In this document: piece after piece, positions 28,734 to 39,280 of the stretch
Position numbering within the stretch: the stretch's first letter is position 1
Layout of the letters: every line of letters starts with the position of its first letter
Assembly (NCBI GenBank): GCA_022703355.1
Contig: JAKLDU010000001.1
Span: forward strand, 4,173-68,172
From: Deltaproteobacteria bacterium
GTDB taxonomy: Bacteria > Desulfobacterota > Desulfomonilia > UBA1062
Length of the DNA: 64,000 nucleotides
Direction of reading: 5' to 3'
The notes under the pieces: model-generated
Databases searched by the model: none
What the model saw: the letters and a program-made list of their open reading frames with translations, nothing else
What the model was told of the DNA's origin: nothing
Position numbers and translations under genes: made by a program

Positions 28734-28760
28734 TCAGGGACAAGAAAAGGCCCCCCTTCT

Positions 28761-31062
<2,302 letters not shown>

Positions 31063-31066
<4 letters not shown>

Positions 31067-31548
31067 TCTTTTTGCCTTTCTTTCCTGGTCCCGGCAGCGC
31101 TGCCCCTCAGAGCCGGGGCATCTTTCGCCCCGTCACCCTTCTCCCTGCTCATCTTCGCCAGGTCTTCCAGGGTCAGGGAGCCGAGGGCATGAGAGATGCT
31201 CCGGCTCACGATGGTCCAGAGGTCCCGGCTCGCGCAGCGGCCCGAGCGGGGGCAGGAGGAGGAGTTCTTCACGCAGTCCACCAGGCAGGTCCCGCCTTCG
31301 AGGGCGGCCACGATCTCTTCGAGGGTGATCTTCGCGGGATCCCTGGCCAGGGAATACCCCCCCCGTGCGCCGCGGGTGGAGTTCACAAGCCCCGCCCTCT
31401 TCAGGGGTATGATGATGAGGCTCAGGTATTTCTCGGAGATGTCCTCTTCCCGGGCGATGTTCTTGAGGAAGATCTGCCCCCTGTCCCTGTTGATTGCCAG
31501 GTCCAGCATCAGCCGGACGCCGTAGCGGGTGCGCGTGGAAAGTTTCAT
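31063..31548 (-). CDS. Rrf2-family transcriptional regulator (IscR/CymR-like) with 3-Cys putative Fe-S ligand set
   Basis: Start at M10 of ORF 31063..31575 (MKLSTRTRYGVRLMLDLA...). wHTH (SLARDPAKITLEEIV). Cys cluster CLVDCVKNSSSCPRSGRC. 4-nt overlap with nadA start. Divergent from cysK. Confidence 0.88.
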
Positions 31549-31616
31549 AGGTCGCCTTTTCCATTGCTTAATCACTATCGATTAGCTAGAGTATAACGGA
31601 GGTAGATGCCTTGTCA

Positions 31617-31722
31617 AGCATTCCCCGGGCAGGCAAGGAGAAAAGGGTACGGCGTACGGCATATCCCCGAGGTGCGATAGCATTCCCCGCGCCCGCGAGG
31701 AGAAAAGGTGCCCGGTATGCAT
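31617..31722 (+). repeat. Tandem ~45-bp imperfect direct repeat in the Rrf2/cysK divergent intergenic region
   Basis: Copy 1 at 31617-31662 (AGCATTCCCCGGGCAGGCAAGGAGAAAAGGGTACGGCGTACGGCAT) and copy 2 at 31679-31722 (AGCATTCCCCGCGCCCGCGAGGAGAAAAGGTGCCCGGTATGCAT), period ~62 bp. Each contains an AGGAGAAAAGG core. Confidence 0.55.
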
Positions 31723-31810
31723 TCTGCCCCGGACACGCTATTCTTATCCCCATGCGTGTGTGACGTCGGGTACGGGGCTCGAGGAAGGACGCTTTTCGAA
31801 GGAGGATTTC

Positions 31811-32788
31811 ATGGGAACGTTTTTCAGCGACAACAGTCTGTCCATCGGAAACACGCCGCTCGTCAGGGTCAACCGCATGGCCGGGGGGCTCAAGGCCGTC
31901 GTGCTCGCGAAGATCGAGGGCAGGAACCCCGCCTACTCGGTGAAATGCCGCATCGGCGCCAGCATGATCTGGGCTGCCGAGAAGGACGGGCGCCTCAAGC
32001 CCGGCATGGAGATCATCGAGCCCACGAGCGGCAACACGGGCATCGCCCTGGCGTACGTGGCGGCGGCGCGGGGCTACAGGCTCACCATCACCATGCCCGA
32101 GACCATGTCCCTCGAGCGGCGCAAGGTCCTCGCCGTCTTCGGGGCCAACCTCATCCTGACCCCGGGGGCCGGGGGCATGAAGGCGGCCATCGCGGAGGCC
32201 GAGCGCATCGCCTCGTCGGACTCCCGGTTCTTCATGCCCAACCAGTTCGTGAACCCCGCAAACCCGGCGATCCATTTCAGGACCACGGGCCCGGAGATCT
32301 GGGAAGCCACGGGCGGCGGCGTGGACGTGCTGGTTTCCGGTGTGGGCACGGGGGGAACGATCACCGGCATCTCTCGCTTCATCAAGGGCGAAAAGGGGAA
32401 GCGGATCGTCAGCGTTGCCGTGGAGCCGGTGGAGAGCCCGGTCATTGCCGGGCGCCTCGCCGGTGAAGAGCTCAAGCCCGGCCCCCACAGGATCCAGGGG
32501 ATCGGCGCGGGATTCATCCCCGGAAATCTCGACCTGTCCGTTGTGGACCGGGTGGAGCAGGTCACCAGTGACGAGGCGATCGCGCATGCCAGAAGTCTGG
32601 CGCGTGAGGAGGGGATCCTGGCGGGCATCAGCTCCGGCGCGGCAATCGCCGCGGCCCTGCGGCTGGGGAGGCTGCCCGAATTCGCGGGGAAAACCATCGT
32701 GGCCATCCTCCCCGATTCGGGAGAGCGCTACCTGAGCGGCCCCCTCTTCGCCGGGCTGTTCGACGAAGCCGGGCTTCCGGGACGCTGA
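31811..32788 (+). CDS. cysK: Cysteine synthase A (O-acetylserine sulfhydrylase, PLP)
   Basis: Start at M18 of ORF 31760..32788, [37 protein letters not shown] (PLP Lys)..[20 protein letters not shown], canonical CysK. Confidence 0.95.
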   Translation: MGTFFSDNSLSIGNTPLVRVNRMAGGLKAVVLAKIEGRNPAYSVKCRIGASMIWAAEKDGRLKPGMEIIEPTSGNTGIALAYVAAARGYRLTITMPETMSLERRKVLAVFGANLILTPGAGGMKAAIAEAERIASSDSRFFMPNQFVNPANPAIHFRTTGPEIWEATGGGVDVLVSGVGTGGTITGISRFIKGEKGKRIVSVAVEPVESPVIAGRLAGEELKPGPHRIQGIGAGFIPGNLDLSVVDRVEQVTSDEAIAHARSLAREEGILAGISSGAAIAAALRLGRLPEFAGKTIVAILPDSGERYLSGPLFAGLFDEAGLPGR

Positions 32789-32923
32789 TTCCGGATCGAA
32801 GGGCCCGGGGCGACCCGAGGTTTGTTCAGGCCAAGGGAGCGTGCCTTCAAGGAATGCCCGGGGCCTTTGACCAGGACCCCACCGCCGGCGAGCCTTCCGG
32901 CCCGGGTGCACGCCCCGGGAAGC

Positions 32924-33757
32924 TCACCGGGCCGTGCGCACCACCTCCGGCTGAAGCGCCTCGTTCATGCTGCCCGAGCGGAAACCCTGGAGGTCGAGGG
33001 TGACGTAGACGAAGCCGTTTTTCTTGGCCACCTCCACGATCTCCCCGGCGAGGCCGCCTGCGTGGAGCCTCTCCATGTCCTCTTCCCCCAGCTCGAGCCT
33101 GAGCAGGTCGCCGTGGTGCCGGGCCCGGTACACCTTGAAGCCCTTGTCCGCGAGGAACCCTTCGATTGCCTCTATCTGGCCGAGCTTTTCGTGGGTGATG
33201 GGAGAGCCGTAGGGGATGCGCGACGCCATGCAGGCCATGGACTGCCGGTCCGCCGTGGGCAGGCGGTACACCTCCCGGGAGATGGCCCGGATGTCCTCCT
33301 TGGTGAGGCCGCACTCCATGAGCGGCGATTTCACGCCGAGTTCGCGGGCGGCCCTGATGCCCGGGCGGAAGTCGCCCGTGTCGTCGAAGTTGGCCCCGTC
33401 GGCGATGACGTGGATGCCCAGGCGCTCCACCTCGCGCTGTATCCGGGAAAAGAGCTCCTTCTTGCAGAAGTAGCAGCGGTCGGGCGGGTTGTCCGCGAAA
33501 CCGGGGATGTCGATCTCCTCGGAGATGATCACCATGTGCCTGATGCACCTCTCCTGCACCCACGCGAGGGCCGCCTCGTACTCCCGTTTGGGGTAGGTGG
33601 ACGAGGTGGCGATGACCGCGAGGCACTTCTTTCCCAAAACCTCGTGGGCCACCTCCATGAGCAGGGTGCTGTCCACGCCCCCGGAGAAGGCCACGGCAAG
33701 TCCGCCGTACGACTCGATCAGTCCCTTGAGCTGTTCCAGTTTTTTCAGGTGATCCAT
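32924..33757 (-). CDS. PP-loop ATP pyrophosphatase, LarE-like / TIGR00268 family (ATP-dependent sulfur transferase)
   Basis: Start at M22 of ORF 32924..33820 (MDHLKKLEQLKGLIESYGGLAVAFSGGVDSTLL, the SGGxDS PP-loop). Conserved Cys (CYFCKK). 1 nt gap after the mnmA stop. Confidence 0.78.
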   Translation of the reverse strand: MDHLKKLEQLKGLIESYGGLAVAFSGGVDSTLLMEVAHEVLGKKCLAVIATSSTYPKREYEAALAWVQERCIRHMVIISEEIDIPGFADNPPDRCYFCKKELFSRIQREVERLGIHVIADGANFDDTGDFRPGIRAARELGVKSPLMECGLTKEDIRAISREVYRLPTADRQSMACMASRIPYGSPITHEKLGQIEAIEGFLADKGFKVYRARHHGDLLRLELGEEDMERLHAGGLAGEIVEVAKKNGFVYVTLDLQGFRSGSMNEALQPEVVRTAR

Positions 33758-33758
33758 G

Positions 33759-34814
33759 TTATGGCACCGCCTCCTGAATGATGCCCGAGGCGAGGAGCCC
33801 GTCCTCGTCGTACAGGGCAACGGTCTGTCCGGGGGTGACCGCCTCCTGGGGCTGGTCGAAAACCACCTCGAGCCGGTCCCCCTCGAGGGTCGCCGTGCAC
33901 GGGGCAGGGGCGTGGGCGTAGCGGATCTGTGCCCGCGCCCTGAAGGGGAGCTCCCCCACGAAGGAGGTCACCCCCTCCGCCCGCAGCCCCCGGGAAAAGA
34001 GCAGCTCCCTTCCGCCCACGGTGATCCTGCCCGTGGCAGGGTCCTTCCCGATGACGTAGGCGGGTCTGCCCCGGCTGAGGCCGAGCCGGGCCCGCTGGCC
34101 GATGGTGTACAGGGCCAGGCCCCGGTGCCGGCCCACCACAACACCCTGCTCGTCGACGAGGTCGCCGGAGGAAATGTCGATGCGCTCCCTGAGGAACTTT
34201 TCGGTGTCCCCATCGGGGATGAAGCAGATGTCCTGGCTTTCGGGCTTCGTGGAGACGGGCAGGTTCGCCTCCCGGGCCACGGTTCTGACCTCGTCCTTGG
34301 TGAAGCCCGCCAGGGGGAAGAGGACGCGCTCGAGGGCCTCCGGGGCGATGCCCGAGAGGAAGTAGGTCTGATCCTTCCGGGCGTCCCGGGCGTGCAGGAG
34401 CCGGGGCCTGCCGCTGGAGCTGTCGATGCGGGCGTAATGGCCGGTGGCGAGGAAGTGGAATCCCATGGCCAGGGCTTTTCCCAGGAGGTCGCCGAACTTG
34501 AGGTGCCTGTTGCACTGGAAGCAGGGGTTCGGGGTCCGGCCTTCGCGGTACTCCCGGATGAAGGGCTCGATGACGAAGCTCTTGAGCGCGGGCGCGAAAT
34601 CCAGGACGTGGTGGCCTATCCCCAGGGCGGTGCACACGTTCCTGGCATCCTCCACCTCCCGGGGCCCGCAGCACCTGACCCTGTCGGACTCCCCGGCCTT
34701 CACCCCGAGGCACATGGTCACCCCCGTGACCTCGTACCCCTGCTCCTTGAGGAGACAGGCGGCCACGGCGGAATCCACCCCGCCGCTCAGGGCGACCATG
34801 ACGCGCCCCTTCAC
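33759..34814 (-). CDS. mnmA: tRNA-specific 2-thiouridylase MnmA
   Basis: MKGRVMVALSGGVDSAVAA...GYEVTGVTM...PCFQCNRHLKF...DQTYFL, canonical MnmA with PP-loop and catalytic Cys residues. Confidence 0.93.
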   Translation of the reverse strand: MKGRVMVALSGGVDSAVAACLLKEQGYEVTGVTMCLGVKAGESDRVRCCGPREVEDARNVCTALGIGHHVLDFAPALKSFVIEPFIREYREGRTPNPCFQCNRHLKFGDLLGKALAMGFHFLATGHYARIDSSSGRPRLLHARDARKDQTYFLSGIAPEALERVLFPLAGFTKDEVRTVAREANLPVSTKPESQDICFIPDGDTEKFLRERIDISSGDLVDEQGVVVGRHRGLALYTIGQRARLGLSRGRPAYVIGKDPATGRITVGGRELLFSRGLRAEGVTSFVGELPFRARAQIRYAHAPAPCTATLEGDRLEVVFDQPQEAVTPGQTVALYDEDGLLASGIIQEAVP

Positions 34815-35042
34815 GGCTCCGCCCGTCCCTGACCCGCCCGGGCCCGTTGCCCCGCGCCATCGGGCAGACCCCTTGCCCGGTCCCCTCCGGAGCTCTCGAG
34901 CATCCCGTGTGAACTGTGTCCGGCACCGTACAAAGTTTGAATCCCCCCCTTATTCCTATTGGAATAGTAGTAATTAACGTGCTATCACGCTGCTGTCAAC
35001 GTATATTGGCCGATCAGTTCAGCCCGGTCAAAAGGAAAGAGA

Positions 35043-35504
35043 ATGGAAAAGCAGCAGAACACAGGCGCCGGCACCATCGTGTCGGTCAACATCGGGAAGG
35101 TGAAGGGGCTCAAGAAGCAGGCCGCGGGCGCGTGCATCCTCAAGGAGGAGCACGGCGTCGAAGGCGACGCCCACGCGGGCGGGGGGGTCCGGCAGGTGAG
35201 CCTGCTGGCGCAGGAGAGCATCGACAAGATCAGGGCGCTGGGCATGGACGTGGGATACGGAGATTTTGCGGAGAACCTCACCACGCACGGGGTGATCCTC
35301 CACACCCTGCCCCTGGGGACGAGGTTTCGGGTGGGGGACGGCGTGCTCCTGGAGCTCACGCAGATCGGCAAGGTCTGCCACGACCGCTGCGCCATCTTCA
35401 AGGCCGTGGGCGACTGCGTCATGCCCCGGGAGGGCGTCTTCGTCCGGGTGGTCGCGGGCGGCCCGGTGAAGGCCGGGGACGCTTTCGAGATCGTCCGGCC
35501 CTGA
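35043..35504 (+). CDS. MOSC domain protein (YiiM-like; molybdenum-cofactor sulfurase C-terminal domain)
   Basis: 153 aa. RBS AAAGGAAAGAGAATG. GTIVSVNIGKVKGL...GDAHAGGGVRQVSLLAQESID...GDFAENLTTHG...GKVCHDRCAIFKAVGDCVMPREGVF matches MOSC beta-barrel proteins, including the conserved Cys. Confidence 0.8.
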   Translation: MEKQQNTGAGTIVSVNIGKVKGLKKQAAGACILKEEHGVEGDAHAGGGVRQVSLLAQESIDKIRALGMDVGYGDFAENLTTHGVILHTLPLGTRFRVGDGVLLELTQIGKVCHDRCAIFKAVGDCVMPREGVFVRVVAGGPVKAGDAFEIVRP

Positions 35505-35654
35505 TCCGGCCGCGGGGCCGAAGAATCCCCTTGCCTGTGCGGGCGGGGAAAGGGATAATGCTCTCCGGCGGCCGCAAGGCCCCCACGGCAGGCCGCGGGC
35601 AGCCTTGAGGGGAGCCGGCCCCCATTCCACACGCACGAGCGAGGAGGAGAAAAC

Positions 35655-36344
35655 ATGAAAAGGATCCTGGCGATTTCTTTTGTGTTCCTGTTTTTTGCCG
35701 CGGGCGCGCACGCCCAGTCCGGTGTCGGACAGGGCCCCAGATTCTACGGCGACTTCAAGCCCGTGGTGGGCGGCTGGTCCGAGTACCAGATGACGGCCAG
35801 GGGCGAACCCCCCACGAAGATGAAGGTCGCGGTGGTGGGCAAGGAAGGCCCGAACTACTGGTACGAGACGGTCATGCAGGGGGAGATGCGCATGGTCTCG
35901 AAGATGCTCGTCTCCGGCAACCCCGGCGACAGGTCGAACCTCAAGAGGATGATCATGAAGGCCGGCAGCGAGAAGGCCATGGAGATGGACGTGGCCGCGA
36001 TGATGGCCAGGCAGCCCGCCGGCGGGCCCAAGGGGGCCTCGCCGAAGGCGGTTGACAAGGGCATGGAGACGGTCAGGGTCCCCGCGGGCACCTTCCAGGC
36101 CCGTCACCTGCAGTACCGGGAGGGTTCCGACGTGGTCGACGCGTGGGTGAGCGGGACGGTCACGCCCTACGGGATCGTGAAGTCAAAGTCCAGGGACATG
36201 GAGATGGTGCTCACGGGCCAGGGCACCGGCGCCACGACCCTCATCACCGAGACGCCCAGGAAATTCTCCATGCCGCCCATGCCCCAGGGCATGCCCAAGG
36301 GGATGCCCCACGGCGCCATGCCCGGCATGGGCGGGGGAAACTAG
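35655..36344 (+). CDS. Secreted hypothetical protein with Met/Pro-rich C-terminal tail (possible Cu(I)-binding; DUF4412-like)
   Basis: 229 aa. RBS GAGGAGGAGAAAACATG. Signal peptide MKRILAISFVFLFFAAGAHA. C-terminus MPPMPQGMPKGMPHGAMPGMGGGN (MxxM repeats). Confidence 0.5.
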   Translation: MKRILAISFVFLFFAAGAHAQSGVGQGPRFYGDFKPVVGGWSEYQMTARGEPPTKMKVAVVGKEGPNYWYETVMQGEMRMVSKMLVSGNPGDRSNLKRMIMKAGSEKAMEMDVAAMMARQPAGGPKGASPKAVDKGMETVRVPAGTFQARHLQYREGSDVVDAWVSGTVTPYGIVKSKSRDMEMVLTGQGTGATTLITETPRKFSMPPMPQGMPKGMPHGAMPGMGGGN

Positions 36345-36496
36345 CCCCCGGCAAGGAGCCCCGGAGATATGCGGGACCGGGTGCGGCGGTCTCGCGGCGG
36401 GGCATGAGGAGGCGCGCCGGCAAGGGGCGGGGTTTCGTCGGCGATTTCGCCGCCCTGTGGCCATGCGGGGGGTCGGGTGCACCCGCGCCGGGAAGG

Positions 36497-37519
36497 TCAG
36501 CCGATCGTGTGGGCGTAGGGGTCAGGGCGGTCCATGGCCTGGCGGATCTCATCGGGCGTGAGCCACTGGTCGTACTTCCGGTAGTCCGCAAAGACCTCGC
36601 AGGAGGTGCAGGGGATGTCCTCCCGCCCGGGGACGGTGCCCAGGTGCATCATCCGTGCGTACCGCATGCGCTCGTTGTTCACCTCCTGCGCAAACCTGCC
36701 GCCCAGGGCATCCTGCGCGAACACACCGTGCACGTTGTGGCTGCACCCGAGCAGCCTCCCGTCCCAGCTCACCTGCGGCGACCGCCAGAGCTGCAGGCAG
36801 ACGTGCCGCATGTAGATCATGCCGGTCTTGCGGAAAAAGGAGCTCGTGTCGGAGTAGCCGATGAGCTTCGTGAGCAGGGTGTGGTCCCGCAGGGGGAGGT
36901 GCTCGTCGAACACGTTGATCTTGAAATAGATCTCCATGCCCAGGGCCTTGGACATCACGATGATCCGGCCGATCTCGTGCTCGTTGTGCCCGAAGGGGAT
37001 GAACTGGAGGATCAGGCGGGGCAGGACGCTTCCATGGCGCTTCTTGTGCCCGTTGATCGCGCGCACGTTCCCGAGCACCTTCCGCAGGTCGCCGCCCACG
37101 CGGTACTTTTCGTAGGTTTCCTGGGTGGCCCCGTCGATGGAGACCTTCAGGATGGAGACGCCGTACTTCACGAGGGCCTCCAGGGCTTCGGGGGAGGCGT
37201 CGTTCAAGTTCGAGCCCTGGTCGATCTGTATCTTCACCCCCTTGTCGTGGGCGTACCGGAGCATGGCGGGCAGGTCGCGGTTCAAAAAGATTTCGCCCGA
37301 GCTCCCGATCTCGAGGGTCCGCACCCCGGGGTTGGCGTCGATGAACTCCCTGAAGGAGCTCAGCGGCAGGACGCCCCTGCCGATGAAGGCCTGCCCGTCC
37401 CGGTGCGCGACGGGGCAGAGCACGCACCTGAGCTGGCAGAGGCTGGAGATGTCGAGCCGCACCTCCGAGGGCTTGACCTCGAGGCAGTCGTCGCTCAGCC
37501 TTTCGCCGGTCCTCATCAT
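36497..37519 (-). CDS. Radical SAM enzyme (CxxxCxxC) with Cys-containing C-terminal auxiliary region; putative lasso-peptide tailoring enzyme
   Basis: 340 aa from ATGATG (revcomp 37514-37519), the C-terminal part of ORF 36497..37978. Motif CQLRCVLCP. Additional Cys at 241, 259, 304 and 307 (CTSCEVF) is compatible with a SPASM/twitch-like site. Start overlaps the stop of the upstream glycosyltransferase (translational coupling). Confidence 0.75.
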   Translation of the reverse strand: MMRTGERLSDDCLEVKPSEVRLDISSLCQLRCVLCPVAHRDGQAFIGRGVLPLSSFREFIDANPGVRTLEIGSSGEIFLNRDLPAMLRYAHDKGVKIQIDQGSNLNDASPEALEALVKYGVSILKVSIDGATQETYEKYRVGGDLRKVLGNVRAINGHKKRHGSVLPRLILQFIPFGHNEHEIGRIIVMSKALGMEIYFKINVFDEHLPLRDHTLLTKLIGYSDTSSFFRKTGMIYMRHVCLQLWRSPQVSWDGRLLGCSHNVHGVFAQDALGGRFAQEVNNERMRYARMMHLGTVPGREDIPCTSCEVFADYRKYDQWLTPDEIRQAMDRPDPYAHTIG

Positions 37520-38688
37520 GCCGCAGCCTCCAGGCATTCCCGCACGATCCCGCTCACCGTGCGGGACGAGTCGTAGCCTGCGTACCGCGCGGCAAACGCC
37601 GCGGCGTTTCTCCCGAGCTCGGCGGAGCCGGCCGCGAGGTCGAACTTCTCCCGCACTCCACCCGGTTTGCCCAAAAAGCTCGCGAACTGGCACAGCCCCT
37701 GCGCGTTGAGCCGGTGCGCCTGGATGGTCTGCTCGAGCTGCTCCGGGCACACGAGCATGCGCACGCCCATGAGGAGTACCTGCGCCGTGGTGCTGTAGCC
37801 CCCGTGCGTGACCGCCACGCCGCACTGGGCCGTCGCCCGGAAGATGTCCACGGGCTTCGGGCTGATGCGGAGGGTTGCGGACTGAGCCTTCTGCCGGTCG
37901 GACTCGGGCAGGTCGCGCACATACCCCACGGCCGGCAGCCCGCGGGTGCGGAGATGGTCGAGGAGGTCCGGAAGGCACCTGTTGGCGCTGCTCAGGTAAA
38001 AGAACACCCGGGGCCCGTCACCCTCGGGCCAGTCGCACCCGGCATCGGACCCGCTCTCGAAGATCGGCCCCCGGAAGGTCTCGCCTTCCCGGTTCCCGTA
38101 GTGGTCGGTTTCGGGGAAGATCGTGAGAAAGCGCCGTGCCCCGCAGAAGATGCGGGCCACGGAATCGACCGACGGCACGGCGCCCCGCACCCTCTCCACG
38201 AGCATGTCCTCCGTGCGGGCGAGCTCCTTTTCCGGCAGGGACAGCCAGGGGTGCAGGCCCGGCATGGGCGAGAGGTCCGGGGGCAGGGTGAACCCCGTGC
38301 CGAGGGCGCCCCGGGGCAGGTCCAGGGACAGGGCCGCAAGCAGGGCGGTGGGGGAGTAGTCCGTCAGGACGAAGTGGGGCTTGTGCTCGCGGAGGCGTCC
38401 GGTCCACCAGGCGAACTGCTCCCGGAACCGCTCCCCGTCCCAATAGCCGTTGCCCCAGATGCACTGGGCATAGTTCAGCGAAAAGCCGGTCTTGAGGATC
38501 TTCCACGCGGGGGATTGCTCGATGGCGACGTCGAGCCCCGTAAAAGCCTGATGGGCTCTCCGGGCGTCGCAGCACAGCACGGAGACGCTGCTGCCGCGCC
38601 TCAGGAACTCCCGTGCGATCGCCCTGAATGGCAGGACATGCCCCCAACCCCCGCCCATCTCGCAGGCGATGACGATGCGGCATGCCAC
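37516..38688 (-). CDS. GT1-family (GT-B, MGT/UDP-glycosyltransferase-like) glycosyltransferase; putative lasso-peptide tailoring enzyme
   Basis: 390 aa with GTG start (VACRIVIACEMGGGWGHVLPF...). C-terminal sugar-donor motif ...AVTHGGYSTTAQVLLMGVRMLVCPEQLEQ, typical of GT1 enzymes. Sits 33 nt downstream of the precursor gene. Confidence 0.75.
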   Translation of the reverse strand: MACRIVIACEMGGGWGHVLPFRAIAREFLRRGSSVSVLCCDARRAHQAFTGLDVAIEQSPAWKILKTGFSLNYAQCIWGNGYWDGERFREQFAWWTGRLREHKPHFVLTDYSPTALLAALSLDLPRGALGTGFTLPPDLSPMPGLHPWLSLPEKELARTEDMLVERVRGAVPSVDSVARIFCGARRFLTIFPETDHYGNREGETFRGPIFESGSDAGCDWPEGDGPRVFFYLSSANRCLPDLLDHLRTRGLPAVGYVRDLPESDRQKAQSATLRISPKPVDIFRATAQCGVAVTHGGYSTTAQVLLMGVRMLVCPEQLEQTIQAHRLNAQGLCQFASFLGKPGGVREKFDLAAGSAELGRNAAAFAARYAGYDSSRTVSGIVRECLEAAA

Positions 38689-38720
38689 GATTTACGAACT
38701 GATGAGAAAGCTTGTGCTGC

Positions 38721-38858
38721 TCAGCTGTATACGCTGTTGTCCGAGCCGGTTCCCGTGTACCCGCTCAAGGTCGTCGCATTGATGTCGAGCTCCCTGATGC
38801 TGGGCTTCTCCCACTCGGGTAGATCTGTGCGCACGGTGGTGTCTTTTCTGTCTTCCAT
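38721..38858 (-). CDS. Lasso peptide precursor (A); MEDRKDTTVRTDLPEWEKPSIRELDINATTL / SGYTGTGSDNSVYS
   Basis: 45 aa ORF at the C-terminus of ORF-track frame 38721..40118. Strong RBS GGAGGAGG, then 5 nt, then ATG. Leader has an aromatic-xxP-x-hydrophobic motif (WEKPSI) and Thr at -2 if the core starts at Ser. Core Ser1...Asp9 (or Gly1...Asp8) allows the macrolactam. C-terminal Ser matches HPr-kinase-type phosphorylation targets. Confidence 0.75.
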   Translation of the reverse strand: MEDRKDTTVRTDLPEWEKPSIRELDINATTLSGYTGTGSDNSVYS

Positions 38859-38959
38859 GGTCGCCTCCTCCTGCATGTGCATGGGATGCTTATAGATACG
38901 GGAAGTCGCATCCGTTTGTCCAGAAAAAAACGAGCCTTTTCGTGATGCAGCCTGCCCCG

Positions 38960-39241
38960 TCACCCTGCGGAGACGAGGTCGAATCCCGCCATCTCCCGGA
39001 TAAAGTCCGTCACGTCCCTGAGGCACTGGCCGCCCTCGACCGAGAAGGAGCCTTCGAGCTCCCTGCAGATCTCCGCTATGGAGCGGGGCTCCTCCAGCAG
39101 GGCGAAGATCCGCGCCCCGGTCTCGTTCAGATGATAGTACTTGCCGTTCTGGATGTTCATTGCCACCAGCTCGTTGTCGATCATTCCGGTGAAGATGTCC
39201 TCGTTCTTCCTGACGATGCTGTCGGGACTCAGTGATGCCAT
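38960..39241 (-). CDS. Lasso peptide biosynthesis B1 protein (PqqD-like RiPP recognition element)
   Basis: 93 aa. ...NELVAMNIQNGKYYHLNETGARIFALLEEPRSIAEICRELEGSFSVEGGQCLRDVTDFIREMAGFDLV, classic PqqD/RRE. Confidence 0.88.
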   Translation of the reverse strand: MASLSPDSIVRKNEDIFTGMIDNELVAMNIQNGKYYHLNETGARIFALLEEPRSIAEICRELEGSFSVEGGQCLRDVTDFIREMAGFDLVSAG

Positions 39242-39280
39242 CGGGTCTTCCTCCTTTGTGGGCGCCTCTGTGGGCCCCGG

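Noticed and set aside
27981-28741. Target-site duplication flanking the IS1595 element
   Set aside because: The 8-bp flanks (ATTAACTA vs TCAGGGAC) do not match. There is either no TSD or the IR boundaries are slightly different, so it is not reported as a feature.
34815-35042. Possible palindromic operator (TATTCCTATTGGAATAGTA) upstream of the MOSC gene
   Set aside because: On inspection the arms are not reverse complements of each other, so only a weak pseudo-dyad remains.
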